Made by a program: the position numbers and the translations under genes. Source: an uncultured Alphaproteobacteria bacterium (lineage in GTDB: Bacteria; Pseudomonadota; Alphaproteobacteria; Caulobacterales; Caulobacteraceae). From it: a DNA stretch of 36,177 nt. This document shows positions 9,034-18,734 of the stretch, piece by piece; positions within the stretch are counted from its first letter, which is position 1; every line of letters starts with the position of its first letter. Below the pieces are notes generated by a model that searched no databases, had not been told where the DNA came from, and was given only the letters and a program-made list of their open reading frames with translations. Location of the stretch: NCBI GenBank assembly GCA_964022245.1, contig CAXICH010000001.1, forward strand, positions 1 through 36,177, read 5' to 3'.

Positions 9034-10392
9034 TCAGGTTCCACGTCGACTGGCTGGGCGATCCAGAACATCGTCACGCTTCGGCGTCATGTCGTGCAGA
9101 TTCCAGTCGTCGGGGTTGAAGGCCTTGCGCGTCGGTTCGACGACAGGCGGATAGCCGCCGACCTGGCTTTCGTTGTCGATGATCTCGCCCCGACCCTCGG
9201 CCACCTCGGCGATCAGCAGAACGTCGCGCATGTCGCGGTCCCACGGACGGGCGCCCGCAGTGGACAGCACCGAGCGTTGGACGTCGACGGCCGGGATGGG
9301 GGTCAGCCCTTCCCACCAGACGGGCGGACGGTTCACCTCAATGATGCGGGCCGGGCTGGTGGTGTAGCGGCCGAACATGCGGATCGGCTCGCCGACCTGG
9401 TCGACGGCGATATTGTCGAGGCCATAGTATTCCACATCGCCCGCGCCGCCGATCATCATGAAGGCCAGACGGTCGGTCGGGGTCGAGGGGCCGGCGCGCA
9501 GCACATTGCCGACCACCGACATCTTGCCGACCTCGAACGGGACGCTGCCCCATTCCTCGGGCGCAAGGTTGTAGTGGATGGCGCGCGGGCCCGGATCATA
9601 GATCAGGTTGTTGAGGATGATGCCGTGCACGCCGCCCTTGAACAGGGGGCTGCGCTCATAATTGTGGGCATAGAGATTGCCGACGATCAGGAGGCCCGTG
9701 ACGTTGTCGTGGATCAGCGAGCCCTTGGAGTGCTCGCCCTTGGAGTGGCTGGAATAGGCCAGGCTCTCGCCAACGATATTGTTCGAGAAGGTGATGTTGT
9801 GGCTGGTGCCGGCGCGCCATTCCTCGGGAGTCGAGCCGGTGAAGCGCGGGCCGGACGCCGACAGGTTCTCGTCGGTCGCCCAGGTCAGGCTGCAGTGGTC
9901 GATGATGACGTTGTACGCGCCGACGGTCGAAATACCGTCCTCGTCCCAGCCGCTCATCCAGCCCTGGCCGGCCGATCCGGGGCGAATGCGGATGTGCTGC
10001 ACGATCACATCATGGGCTGCGATGTCGATGCCGCCGCGGATCAGGGTGATGCCGGGCGAAGGCGCCGTCTGGCCGGCGATGGTGATGAAGGGATTGCGCA
10101 GCCGCAGGGTCTTCATGTCGAGGTCGATGACGCCGCCGACCTCGAACACCACGATACGGGGGCCGTCGGCCTCGATCGCCGCGCGAAGTGAGCCCGGACC
10201 TTCGCCGTTCAGATTGGTGACGCGGATGATTTCGCCGCCCCGGCCGCCGGGGGTGGCCGAGGCCCAGCCCAGCGCTCCCGGGAAGGCCAGTGGACCGGCC
10301 TGCGCGTGTGACGGCGCCGGACCGGCGAGGCTGAGAGCGACTGCGGCGAACAGGCCGAGACAGACGGAGATCAGAGTGTGTCGACGGTTCAT
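9034..10392 (-). CDS. PL1-family pectate lyase, exported (MNRRHTL signal, possibly Tat)
   Basis: LAFPGALG..PGGRGG, GPGSLRAAIEADGPRIVVFEVGG, ITIAGQTAP, NVIIDHCSLTWATDE and ERSP; SD GGAAGGA before ATG 10392 (alternative start 10419). Confidence 0.9.
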   Translation of the reverse strand: MNRRHTLISVCLGLFAAVALSLAGPAPSHAQAGPLAFPGALGWASATPGGRGGEIIRVTNLNGEGPGSLRAAIEADGPRIVVFEVGGVIDLDMKTLRLRNPFITIAGQTAPSPGITLIRGGIDIAAHDVIVQHIRIRPGSAGQGWMSGWDEDGISTVGAYNVIIDHCSLTWATDENLSASGPRFTGSTPEEWRAGTSHNITFSNNIVGESLAYSSHSKGEHSKGSLIHDNVTGLLIVGNLYAHNYERSPLFKGGVHGIILNNLIYDPGPRAIHYNLAPEEWGSVPFEVGKMSVVGNVLRAGPSTPTDRLAFMMIGGAGDVEYYGLDNIAVDQVGEPIRMFGRYTTSPARIIEVNRPPVWWEGLTPIPAVDVQRSVLSTAGARPWDRDMRDVLLIAEVAEGRGEIIDNESQVGGYPPVVEPTRKAFNPDDWNLHDMTPKRDDVLDRPASRRGT

Positions 10393-10468
10393 CAGCTTCC
10401 TTCCCGGTTCGGTCGTCATCTTGCCACGAGCCCTGGCCCGGTGTGACGCCCTTTGCCTCGATTCAAAT

Positions 10469-10482
10469 TGACACCGGTTTCC
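10469..10482. promoter_or_regulatory. LacI-type operator copy TGACACCGGTTTCC
   Basis: 12/14 match to the site at 1949, in the divergent pectate lyase/hydratase-TRAP intergenic region; overlaps a TTGACA hexamer at 10468. Confidence 0.75.
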
Positions 10483-10576
10483 TTCCTGCGCAATGTCAAA
10501 GGAAAAACGGAGGACGCGTGCGCCTGTCCCTAACAATTACAGCGGCTTGTATGCGTCCCTCGCCCGAGTCGACGTC

Positions 10577-11416
10577 ATGACGGCCCGCGCTGTGCCTCAT
10601 GCGGCTGTCCTGTCCGAGCATGGCCGCGCCATCGCGCGGGCCTTTGTCGAGGCCCGTCGATCCGGCCAGGCCCTGCCGACCTATCCGGGCCCCGTACCCG
10701 ACACCCTCGCAGCGGCCTACGCCATCCAGGATGCCGCCATCGCCCTGATGCCGGACGCAATTGCCGGCTGGAAACTGGGCCGGATTCCGCCCCCGCTGGA
10801 CGGGCAGTTCGGCGCCGGGCGTCTGGCCGGTCCAATCTTTGCCGCCACCGTCAGGCCGGCCGGGACCCTCACGGAATTCCCGCTGATCGTAGACGGCTTT
10901 GGCGCGGTGGAGGCCGAATATCTGCTGCTGATTGCCGAGACGCCGCCGCTGCGAAGCCGCTGGACCGTGGCCGATGCGACCCGACTGGTCAGCCAGATCC
11001 GGGTCGGCGTCGAGATCGCCGGCAGTCCCTTTCCCGGCATCAATGACCACGGACCGGCGGTCACGGCCTCGGACTTTGGCAACAATGCGGGCCTGATCCT
11101 TGGCGCCGAGGTCGAGCGCGAGTGGGCCGGGGATCCCGGGGCGCTGGACGATCTGACGTGTGCCATGCGCATCGACGGCGAAACGGTCGGGACCGGCGGC
11201 GCCACTCATATTCCGGGAGGACCGTTCGACTCCCTCGCCTTCCTGCTGAACGTGCTGGCGGAACGGGGCCTGCGACCGCAGGCGGGTCAGTGGATCTCGA
11301 CCGGCGCGGCCACGGGGGTGCACCGCATCGCCATCGGTCAGACCGCCGAAGCCGATTTCGGGCCCCATGGTACCATCACCTGTCGGGCCATACGCGCCGA
11401 GGGAGGAACCCCATGA
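10577..11416 (+). CDS. 2-keto-4-pentenoate hydratase-like protein (FAH superfamily)
   Basis: AYAIQ, GWKLG, VEAEY, GVEIAGS, ASDFGNNAGLILG, GQWISTGAATG; stop overlaps the dctP start (ATGA). Start uncertain. Confidence 0.85.
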   Translation: MTARAVPHAAVLSEHGRAIARAFVEARRSGQALPTYPGPVPDTLAAAYAIQDAAIALMPDAIAGWKLGRIPPPLDGQFGAGRLAGPIFAATVRPAGTLTEFPLIVDGFGAVEAEYLLLIAETPPLRSRWTVADATRLVSQIRVGVEIAGSPFPGINDHGPAVTASDFGNNAGLILGAEVEREWAGDPGALDDLTCAMRIDGETVGTGGATHIPGGPFDSLAFLLNVLAERGLRPQAGQWISTGAATGVHRIAIGQTAEADFGPHGTITCRAIRAEGGTP

Positions 11417-12420
11417 CCCCCACTCGCAGACGACTGTTGGGCACAGGGCTGATGGGGGCCGGCGCCGCCGCCCTGTCGGCCTGTGGCACCGCGACCGGGA
11501 CGGACGGCGACGGGCCGCGGCTGCTGCATGCCGCCGATGTGCATCCGGCCGATTATCCGACCGTCACCGCCGTCAAGTGGATGGGCGAGGAGTTGGGCCG
11601 GCTGACCGACGGGCGACTGGGCATCCGCTCCTTCCCCTCGGGCCAGTTGGGCAATGAGGACGACTCAATAGGGTTGGCGCGCTTTCAGGCCATCGACATC
11701 TGCCGGGTGGCGGCCGCCGCGCTGAACAATGCCTTCCCCGAGACCAGCCTGCTGTGCCTGCCCTATGTGTTTCGCTCGGTCGAGCATATGCGGGCCGTGG
11801 TCGACGGCGATATCGGTACGCGACTGCTGAATGTGTTCGAGGGACGCGGGCTGGTCGGGCTGGCCTATTACGACGCCGCGCCGCGCAGCATCTACAACGT
11901 CCGCCGTCCGGTCTATGAGCCCGTCGACATGAAGGGGCTGAAGATCCGAGCGCCCCAGTCGGACATCTTCCTCGACACGGTCCGGGCCATGGGGGCCAAT
12001 CCGACGCCGCTGACGTTCGGGGCGGTGTTCTCGTCGCTGCAGACCCATCTGATCGACGGGGCCGAGAACAACTGGCCCAGCTATCAGTCCAGTCGCCAGT
12101 ATGAGGTGGCCCGCTACTGGAGCGACACGAAACACCTGTATTCGCCCGACGCCTTGCTGATCTCGAAAGCGTCGATGGATGCGCTGAGCTCAGCCGACCG
12201 TGATCTGGTGCGCGATGTGGCCCGGCGTTCGGTGCCCCTGATGCGGGTCGAATGGGACAGGCGCGAGGCCGAGGCGCGCGCCGCCGTGATCGCCGCGGGC
12301 ACGCAGGTGAACGAGGTAGAGATGGCCGCCTTCGCCCGCGCGGTGGAGCCGGTCAACGCCAAATACACCGACGGGGCAGGCCTGAAGCCCCTCTACGACC
12401 AGATCACAGCGGCCGCCTGA
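11413..12420 (+). CDS. dctP: TRAP transporter substrate-binding protein (Tat/lipoprotein signal)
   Basis: MTPTRRRLL...ALSAC, FPSGQLG, LPYVFRS, DMKGLKIR, MGANPTP, LQTHLIDGAENN; SD GGAGG. Confidence 0.93.
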   Translation: MTPTRRRLLGTGLMGAGAAALSACGTATGTDGDGPRLLHAADVHPADYPTVTAVKWMGEELGRLTDGRLGIRSFPSGQLGNEDDSIGLARFQAIDICRVAAAALNNAFPETSLLCLPYVFRSVEHMRAVVDGDIGTRLLNVFEGRGLVGLAYYDAAPRSIYNVRRPVYEPVDMKGLKIRAPQSDIFLDTVRAMGANPTPLTFGAVFSSLQTHLIDGAENNWPSYQSSRQYEVARYWSDTKHLYSPDALLISKASMDALSSADRDLVRDVARRSVPLMRVEWDRREAEARAAVIAAGTQVNEVEMAAFARAVEPVNAKYTDGAGLKPLYDQITAAA

Positions 12421-12455
12421 ACGGCCCGACATCCAACGGGTCCGGGGAGGAACCG

Positions 12456-12953
12456 ATGACATCATCCGACGCGCCGAAACGCGGCCTGCTGGACCATCTG
12501 TCCCGGATCGTGCTGGGACTGGCGGGGGCGGCCCTGCTGGCCATGGCGCTGGTCCAGGCTTGGCAGGTGTTTGCCCGCTATGTGCTGAACGATTCGCCCG
12601 GCTGGACGGAGCCCGTGGCGCTGATCCTGATGAGTGTCGCGGTCATGTTCGGGGCCGCCGTGGGCGTGCGCTTCGAGACTCATTTCGCCTTCCAGACCTT
12701 TGCCCATGCCATGCCGGGACCGATCCGCGCGGGCCTCGCGACCTTGTCGCGGCTGATCGCGGCGGCGACCGGCCTCGGGCTGGCGACCATGGGCGGCTAT
12801 CTGATGATGGATGACTGGACCGTGCCGCTGGCCGGTGCCCCCCTGCCCTCCGGCCTGAAATTCCTGGGTCTGGCGCTGGGCGGCGTGCTGATCCTGATCT
12901 TTGCCCTGGAGCGCCTGTTCACCGGCGCGCCCCGGCCCGTGCGGGAGGACTGA
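12456..12953 (+). CDS. dctQ: TRAP transporter small permease
   Basis: QVFARYVLNDSPGWTE motif, 4 TM segments, SD GGAGG, position between dctP and dctM. Confidence 0.92.
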   Translation: MTSSDAPKRGLLDHLSRIVLGLAGAALLAMALVQAWQVFARYVLNDSPGWTEPVALILMSVAVMFGAAVGVRFETHFAFQTFAHAMPGPIRAGLATLSRLIAAATGLGLATMGGYLMMDDWTVPLAGAPLPSGLKFLGLALGGVLILIFALERLFTGAPRPVRED

Positions 12954-12955
12954 GC

Positions 12956-14236
12956 ATGGAATTCCTTATCCTGTTCGGGGTTCTGGCCCTGCTACTGGTC
13001 CTCGGGGTGCCGGTCGCCTTCTGTCTGATGGGGGCGACGCTGGCGACCGTGCTGTATCTGGCGCTGCCGCCGATCGTGGTGTTTCAGCAGATGGGGTCGG
13101 ACATGGCCTCGGTGGCCCTGCTGGCCATCCCGCTGTTCATCTTTACCGGCGAGCTGATGATGAAGGGCGGACTTTCCGACCGGATGATCTCGCTGGCCTC
13201 GTCCCTCGTCGGCCATGTGCGCGGCGGTCTGGGTCAGGTCACGGTGGTCGGCTCGACCCTGTTCGGCGGGGTCTCGGGCTCGGCCATCGCCGACGTCTCG
13301 GCCATCGGCGGCACCATGATCCCGCAGATGCAGAAGCGCGGCTATGAAAGCGACTATGCGGTCAACGTCACCATTTCGGCCGCGCTGGTGGCCCTGCTGG
13401 TGCCGCCCTCGCACAATATGATCCTGTATTCGGCCTCGGCCGGGGGCGGGGTGTCGATCTCGGACCTGTTCGCGGGCGGCATCGTGCCGGCCCTGCTGCT
13501 GGCCATGGCCCTGATGGTCACCGCCTACTGGGTGGCCCGCAAGCGCGGCTATCCGGCCGATGTCTTCCCCGGGTTCGGCACCGTCCTGACCCGGCTGATC
13601 GCCGCCATCCCCGGCCTGCTGCTGGTCGTCATTATCTTTGGCGGGATCCGGGCCGGCATCTTCACCGCCGTCGAATCCGCCTCGATCGCCGTGGTCTACG
13701 CCATCATCGTCACCGGCATCGTCTATCGCCACATGCGCTGGGCGGCCTTCAAGGAGGCCTGCATCGGCGCGGGCCGGACCTCGGGCGCGGTGCTGTTCAT
13801 CATCGGCTGTGCCGGGGCGTTCGGCTGGCTGATGGCCTATCTGCAGGTGCCCGGCATGATGATCGAGGTCCTGAACGGCCTGACAGACAATCCGGTCCTG
13901 ATCATGCTGATGATCATCGCCTGCCTGCTGTTCCTCGGCACCTTCATGGACATGGCGCCACTGATCATCATCGTCACGCCGATCTTCCTGCCGGTGGCCA
14001 AGGCCTTCGGCGTCGACCCGGTGCAATTCGGGGTGATCCTGCTGCTCAGCTGCGGCATCGGCCTGATCACGCCGCCGGTCGGATCGGTGCTGTTCGTCGG
14101 CAGCGCCATCGCCAGGATTCCGATGACGCAATCGCTGCGCTCGATCTGGCCCTTCTACTTCGCCTGTGTGATCGTGCTGATGCTGGTGACCTTCATCCCG
14201 GCGCTGTCGCTGTGGCTGCCCTCGCTGATGAAATGA
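12956..14236 (+). CDS. dctM: TRAP transporter large permease
   Basis: LLAIPLFIFTGELM, FGGVSGSAIAD, LVPPSHNMILY, GLITPPVGSVLFV; about 12 TM segments. Confidence 0.95.
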   Translation: MEFLILFGVLALLLVLGVPVAFCLMGATLATVLYLALPPIVVFQQMGSDMASVALLAIPLFIFTGELMMKGGLSDRMISLASSLVGHVRGGLGQVTVVGSTLFGGVSGSAIADVSAIGGTMIPQMQKRGYESDYAVNVTISAALVALLVPPSHNMILYSASAGGGVSISDLFAGGIVPALLLAMALMVTAYWVARKRGYPADVFPGFGTVLTRLIAAIPGLLLVVIIFGGIRAGIFTAVESASIAVVYAIIVTGIVYRHMRWAAFKEACIGAGRTSGAVLFIIGCAGAFGWLMAYLQVPGMMIEVLNGLTDNPVLIMLMIIACLLFLGTFMDMAPLIIIVTPIFLPVAKAFGVDPVQFGVILLLSCGIGLITPPVGSVLFVGSAIARIPMTQSLRSIWPFYFACVIVLMLVTFIPALSLWLPSLMK

Positions 14237-15327
14237 CCCTGCTGCCCCATCTGAAGCCCAAGGACAGCTGCCGCCGGGACGCGGTGGCGCTGGGCGAGGT
14301 CATGCTGCGGCTGGACCCGGGCGAGGGGCGCATCCGCTCTGCCCGCCACTTCCAGGTGTGGGAGGGCGGCGGCGAATACAATGTCGCGCGGGGTCTGGCG
14401 AAGACCTTCCGGCAGCGGACGGCGGTCGTCACCGCCCTGCCCCGCAATGACCTCGGCGTCCTGGTGCATGAGCTGATCCTGCAGGGCGGGGTGTCGGACG
14501 CCCACATCCTGTGGCGCGAAGCCGATCCGGTCGGGCGCGAGAACCGGGTCGGACTGAACTTCACCGAGCGGGGCTTCGGGCCGCGCGGGGCGCTGGGCGT
14601 GTCCGACCGGGCGCATTCGGCGGCGTCGGCCATGCAGCCCGACGAGGTCGACTGGGACGCCCTGTTCGGCGAAGAGGGCGTCCGCTGGCTGCACACCGGC
14701 GGCATTTTCTCGGCCCTGTCGGAATCGACGGCGGAGACGGCGCTCGCGGCGGTGACGGCGGCCCGGCGCCACGGCACGGTGGTCAGCTATGACCTGAACT
14801 ATCGCGCCAGCCTGTGGGCCGCGCACCCTGATCCCGAGGCCGCCCGCCGGGTCAACCGCGCCATCGCCGAACAGGTCGATGTGCTGATCGGCGATGAACT
14901 CAGCCTGGCCGCCTGTCTGGGTATCGAGACCTTCGAGTCGCGCAGCGACCCCTGCGACCCGGCCCCGTTCGCCGCGGCGGCCGGACGGCTGACAGATCAG
15001 CTGCCAAACCTGCGCCTGCTGGCCTCCCCCCTGCGCGATCCGGTGACGGCCTCGATGAACCGCTGGGGCGCCTGCGCCTGGGCAGGCGGTGTCCTGACCG
15101 TGCACGCCCCGACCGAGGTGGCGATTCTGGACCGGGTCGGTGGTGGCGACGGCTTTGTCTCGGGTCTGGCGTTCGGCCTCATGGACGGGCGCCCGCTGGA
15201 CGAGGCGCTGGCGCTGGGCGTCGCCCACGGGGCCCTGGCCATGACCACGCCCGGGGACAATGCCATGACCAGCCTCGATGAGGTCGAATCCCTCGCCCGG
15301 GGCGACGGCGCCGCCGCCCGCCGCTGA
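14233..15327 (+). CDS. kdgK: PfkB-family 2-dehydro-3-deoxygluconokinase
   Basis: LGEVMLRLDPG, GGGEYNVARGL, WLHTGGIF, DLNYRASLW, DRVGGGDGF, AMTTPGD; ATGA overlap with dctM. Confidence 0.85.
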   Translation: MTLLPHLKPKDSCRRDAVALGEVMLRLDPGEGRIRSARHFQVWEGGGEYNVARGLAKTFRQRTAVVTALPRNDLGVLVHELILQGGVSDAHILWREADPVGRENRVGLNFTERGFGPRGALGVSDRAHSAASAMQPDEVDWDALFGEEGVRWLHTGGIFSALSESTAETALAAVTAARRHGTVVSYDLNYRASLWAAHPDPEAARRVNRAIAEQVDVLIGDELSLAACLGIETFESRSDPCDPAPFAAAAGRLTDQLPNLRLLASPLRDPVTASMNRWGACAWAGGVLTVHAPTEVAILDRVGGGDGFVSGLAFGLMDGRPLDEALALGVAHGALAMTTPGDNAMTSLDEVESLARGDGAAARR

Positions 15328-15404
15328 GCGACCCGGGATATTCCGGCGACGCTGGAATCCGTTGACGGCTTGCTATTGGATGCCCCCTCGACGAGAGGTG
15401 AGGC

Positions 15405-17339
15405 ATGAACGAACCGGCGATCTATCCTGTCCCCGAAGAGTGGGCCCGCACCGCCCATGTGAACCGCGCGCGCTATGAGAATGCGTGCAAGGCGGCCGAA
15501 ACGGACCCCGACGGTTTCTGGCGCGGCGTGGCCGAGCGCCTTGAGTGGATGGCCTTTCCGACCCGGATCAAGGACGTCAGCTTCGACGCGGCCGACTTCC
15601 GTATCCGCTGGTACGAGGACGGAATTCTGAACGTCTCGGTCAACTGCATCGACCGGCACCTGCCCGAGCGACGCGACGACGTGGCCATCATCTGGGAGGG
15701 GGATGATCCGGCCGAGAGCGCGGCCATCACCTACGGTGAACTGCACACGGCCGTGTGCCGGATGGCCAATGTGCTGAAGAAGCACGGCGTGAACCGGGGC
15801 GACCGGGTGACGCTGTACATGCCCATGATCCCCGAGGCCGCCTATGCCATGCTGGCCTGCACCCGCATCGGGGCGGTCCATTCGGTCGTGTTCGGCGGCT
15901 TTTCGCCGGACAGTCTGGCCGGGCGGATCGAGGACTGTGGGTCGGACTTTGTCATCACCGCCGACGAGGGCCTGCGCGGCGGCAAAACCATTCCGTTGAA
16001 AGCCAATGTCGATGCGGCGCTGGAAAAGGTCAGTGTCCGGAACGTACTGGTCGTGCGGCGCACCGGTGCCGAGATCGACTGGGTCGACGGGCGCGACATC
16101 GATTACGGCCCCGAGGGCGCCGCGGTCGAGGACGATTGCCCGCCCGAGCCCATGGGGGCCGAGGACCCGCTGTTCATCCTCTATACTTCGGGCTCGACCG
16201 GAAAACCCAAGGGCGTGCTGCACACCACGGGCGGCTATCTGGTCTGGGCGGCCTGGACCCATGAGCTGACGTTCGACTATCGCCCCGGTCAGGTGTTCTG
16301 GTGCACGGCCGATGTCGGCTGGGTCACCGGTCACAGCTATCTGGTCTATGGGCCGCTGGCCAATGCGGCGACCACAGTGATGTTCGAGGGCGTGCCCAAC
16401 TATCCCGACCACAGCCGTTTCTGGCAGGTGGTCGACAAGCACCGGGTCGAGATCTTCTATACGGCCCCGACGGCGCTCCGGGCGCTGATGCGTGAAGGCG
16501 ACGGGCCGGTGAAGGCCACCTCGCGGGCCTCGCTGCGCCTGCTGGGGACGGTCGGAGAGCCCATCAATCCCGAGGCCTGGCGCTGGTATCATGAGGTGGT
16601 AGGCGACGGCCGCTGCCCGATCGTCGACACCTGGTGGCAGACCGAAACCGGCGGCCATCTGATCACGCCGCTGCCGGGGGCGACCGACCTCAAGCCGGGG
16701 TCAGCGACCAGACCCCTGCCGGGCATCCAGCTGCAGGTGGTTGATGCCGAGGGTCATGAACTGACCGGTCCGGCCGAGGGCAATCTGTGCATCGCCGACA
16801 GCTGGCCGGGCCAGATGCGGACCGTCTATGGCGACGATCAGCGCTTCTTCGACACCTATTTCTCCACCTACCCCGGCCGCTATTTCACCGGCGACGGATG
16901 CCGGCGCGACGCCGACGGCGACTACTGGATCACCGGTCGGGTCGACGACGTGCTGAACGTTTCGGGCCACCGGATGGGCACGGCCGAGGTCGAGAGCGCC
17001 CTGGTGCTGCATCCGTCGGTGGCCGAGGCCGCCGTCGTCGGCTATCCCCACGACATCAAGGGCCAGGGCATCTGGGCCTATGTGACCCTGAATGCCGGGG
17101 TCGAGCCCGATGAGGCGCTGCGGGCCGAACTGGTCAGGCATGTCCGGTCCGAGATCGGACCGATCGCGGCGCCCGATGTGATCCACTGGGCGCCGGGCCT
17201 GCCCAAGACACGCTCGGGCAAGATCATGCGGCGCATCCTGAGGAAAATTGCCGAGAACGAACTGGGATCGCTGGGCGACACCTCGACCCTGGCCGATCCC
17301 GGGGTGGTGGATGATCTGGTCAAGGGGCGCCCCGCTTGA
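15405..17339 (+). CDS. acs: Acetyl-CoA synthetase
   Basis: [52 protein letters not shown]. Confidence 0.97.
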   Translation: MNEPAIYPVPEEWARTAHVNRARYENACKAAETDPDGFWRGVAERLEWMAFPTRIKDVSFDAADFRIRWYEDGILNVSVNCIDRHLPERRDDVAIIWEGDDPAESAAITYGELHTAVCRMANVLKKHGVNRGDRVTLYMPMIPEAAYAMLACTRIGAVHSVVFGGFSPDSLAGRIEDCGSDFVITADEGLRGGKTIPLKANVDAALEKVSVRNVLVVRRTGAEIDWVDGRDIDYGPEGAAVEDDCPPEPMGAEDPLFILYTSGSTGKPKGVLHTTGGYLVWAAWTHELTFDYRPGQVFWCTADVGWVTGHSYLVYGPLANAATTVMFEGVPNYPDHSRFWQVVDKHRVEIFYTAPTALRALMREGDGPVKATSRASLRLLGTVGEPINPEAWRWYHEVVGDGRCPIVDTWWQTETGGHLITPLPGATDLKPGSATRPLPGIQLQVVDAEGHELTGPAEGNLCIADSWPGQMRTVYGDDQRFFDTYFSTYPGRYFTGDGCRRDADGDYWITGRVDDVLNVSGHRMGTAEVESALVLHPSVAEAAVVGYPHDIKGQGIWAYVTLNAGVEPDEALRAELVRHVRSEIGPIAAPDVIHWAPGLPKTRSGKIMRRILRKIAENELGSLGDTSTLADPGVVDDLVKGRPA

Positions 17340-18346
17340 GCCAGGGTCAGCTCTATCCCGTCATCCTCTGCGGCGGGGCGGGGACGCGGCTGTGGCCGGC
17401 GTCGCGCCCGGACCGGCCCAAGCCCTTCCTTGATCTGACCGGACCGTTGTCGCTCTTCCAGCTGGCGGTGCGGCGGGTGCTGCCACTCGTTGAAAACGGC
17501 GGCCGGCTGCTGGTCGTGGGAGCCGCGACCCATGCCGATCTGATTACGGAGCAATTGGCCGCGGTGGGCGCCGAGGCCACGGTGTTGCTGGAACCGGAAG
17601 GCCGGGATTCGGCGGCGGCGGTGGCGGCGGCAGCGGCCTGGGTCGAGGCCCGTGATCCCGACGGCCGGGTGATGATTCTTGCCTCGGACCACCACATCCC
17701 GGACGAGGCGGGGTACCGCCACGCCCTGACCACGGCAGCAGATGCAGCCGGAGACACGGGCCGGATCGTGACTCTGGGCGTGGCCCCGACCCAGCCTTCA
17801 TCGGCCTACGGATACATCCGGCCCGAACATGCCGGACTGGCCCCGGTTCAGGCCTTCATCGAAAAGCCCGATAGCCACCGGGCGGCACAGCTGATCCTCG
17901 AGGGGTGCCTGTGGAACAGCGGCGCCTTTATCGCTACGGCCCGGACCCTGCGCGAGGAGATGGAGCGCCATGCGCCGGAGATCTGGCGCGCGGTCGCGGG
18001 GGCCGTGCCCGAGGGGGGCGCCGTGCTGGGGGCCGGATTTGCTGCCGCACCCCGCCTGTCGTTCGACTATGCGGTGATGGAGACGACCGACCGGGCCTCG
18101 GTCCTGCCGCTGACCCTTGCCTGGTCGGACCTCGGCGCCTGGGACGCGGTGGCGACGGTCAGCGAGAACGAGGGCACCGCCCACCTGAGTCTCGACAGCG
18201 CGGGATGCCTGATCCGGGCACCGGACGGCGTGACGGTGGCGACACTCGGCGTCTCCGGTCTGGCGGTGATCGTCGAGCACGACGCCGTACTGGTTTGTGA
18301 CCTATCGCGAGCCCAGGATGTAAAGAGGCTGCTGACCCGTGAGTGA
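17336..18346 (+). CDS. manC: Mannose-1-phosphate guanylyltransferase (no C-terminal PMI cupin domain)
   Basis: [55 protein letters not shown]; TTG start overlapping the acs stop. Confidence 0.88.
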   Translation: MSQGQLYPVILCGGAGTRLWPASRPDRPKPFLDLTGPLSLFQLAVRRVLPLVENGGRLLVVGAATHADLITEQLAAVGAEATVLLEPEGRDSAAAVAAAAAWVEARDPDGRVMILASDHHIPDEAGYRHALTTAADAAGDTGRIVTLGVAPTQPSSAYGYIRPEHAGLAPVQAFIEKPDSHRAAQLILEGCLWNSGAFIATARTLREEMERHAPEIWRAVAGAVPEGGAVLGAGFAAAPRLSFDYAVMETTDRASVLPLTLAWSDLGAWDAVATVSENEGTAHLSLDSAGCLIRAPDGVTVATLGVSGLAVIVEHDAVLVCDLSRAQDVKRLLTRE

Positions 18347-18734
18347 TTCCGAAACCGTGACTGTTGACGCGCCCTCGCCCGGCGCGCCGCTCGTCCTGTG
18401 GGCGATCCGGCTGGCCGCGCTGGTCGCCACCCTCGCCACCCTGTGGCTGGCGTTCGAGCCGCCGGGCGACGGACCAGGTCTGATCCCGTGGGACAAGGCC
18501 GGCCATTTCCTGTCGTTCTTCGTCCTGACCCTCTTGCTGTCGCTGGCCCTGCCCCGGGTGCCGCGCGGGATCCTCATCGCCCTGCTCGTCATCGCCGGGG
18601 GCGGGATCGAGATCGTTCAGGCCTATGTCGGCCGTGACGCGGACTGGAAGGACTGGATCGCCGACATCGCCGGCATCGCCTGCGCCGCCCTGCCCGTCTG
18701 GCTGGAGGCCCTGCGGCGGCGACTGCGGGGCTAG
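18339..18734 (+). CDS. VanZ-family membrane protein
   Basis: WDKAGHFLSF, IEIVQAYVGR and DWIADIAG motifs; 4 TM segments. Confidence 0.85.
   Translation: MSDSETVTVDAPSPGAPLVLWAIRLAALVATLATLWLAFEPPGDGPGLIPWDKAGHFLSFFVLTLLLSLALPRVPRGILIALLVIAGGGIEIVQAYVGRDADWKDWIADIAGIACAALPVWLEALRRRLRG

Noticed and set aside
2275-10182. 26-bp inverted repeat (2275-2300 and 10157-10182) as invertible-element ends
   Set aside because: Both copies encode the conserved AAIEADGPR peptide of the two oppositely oriented pectate lyases; no recombinase is nearby.
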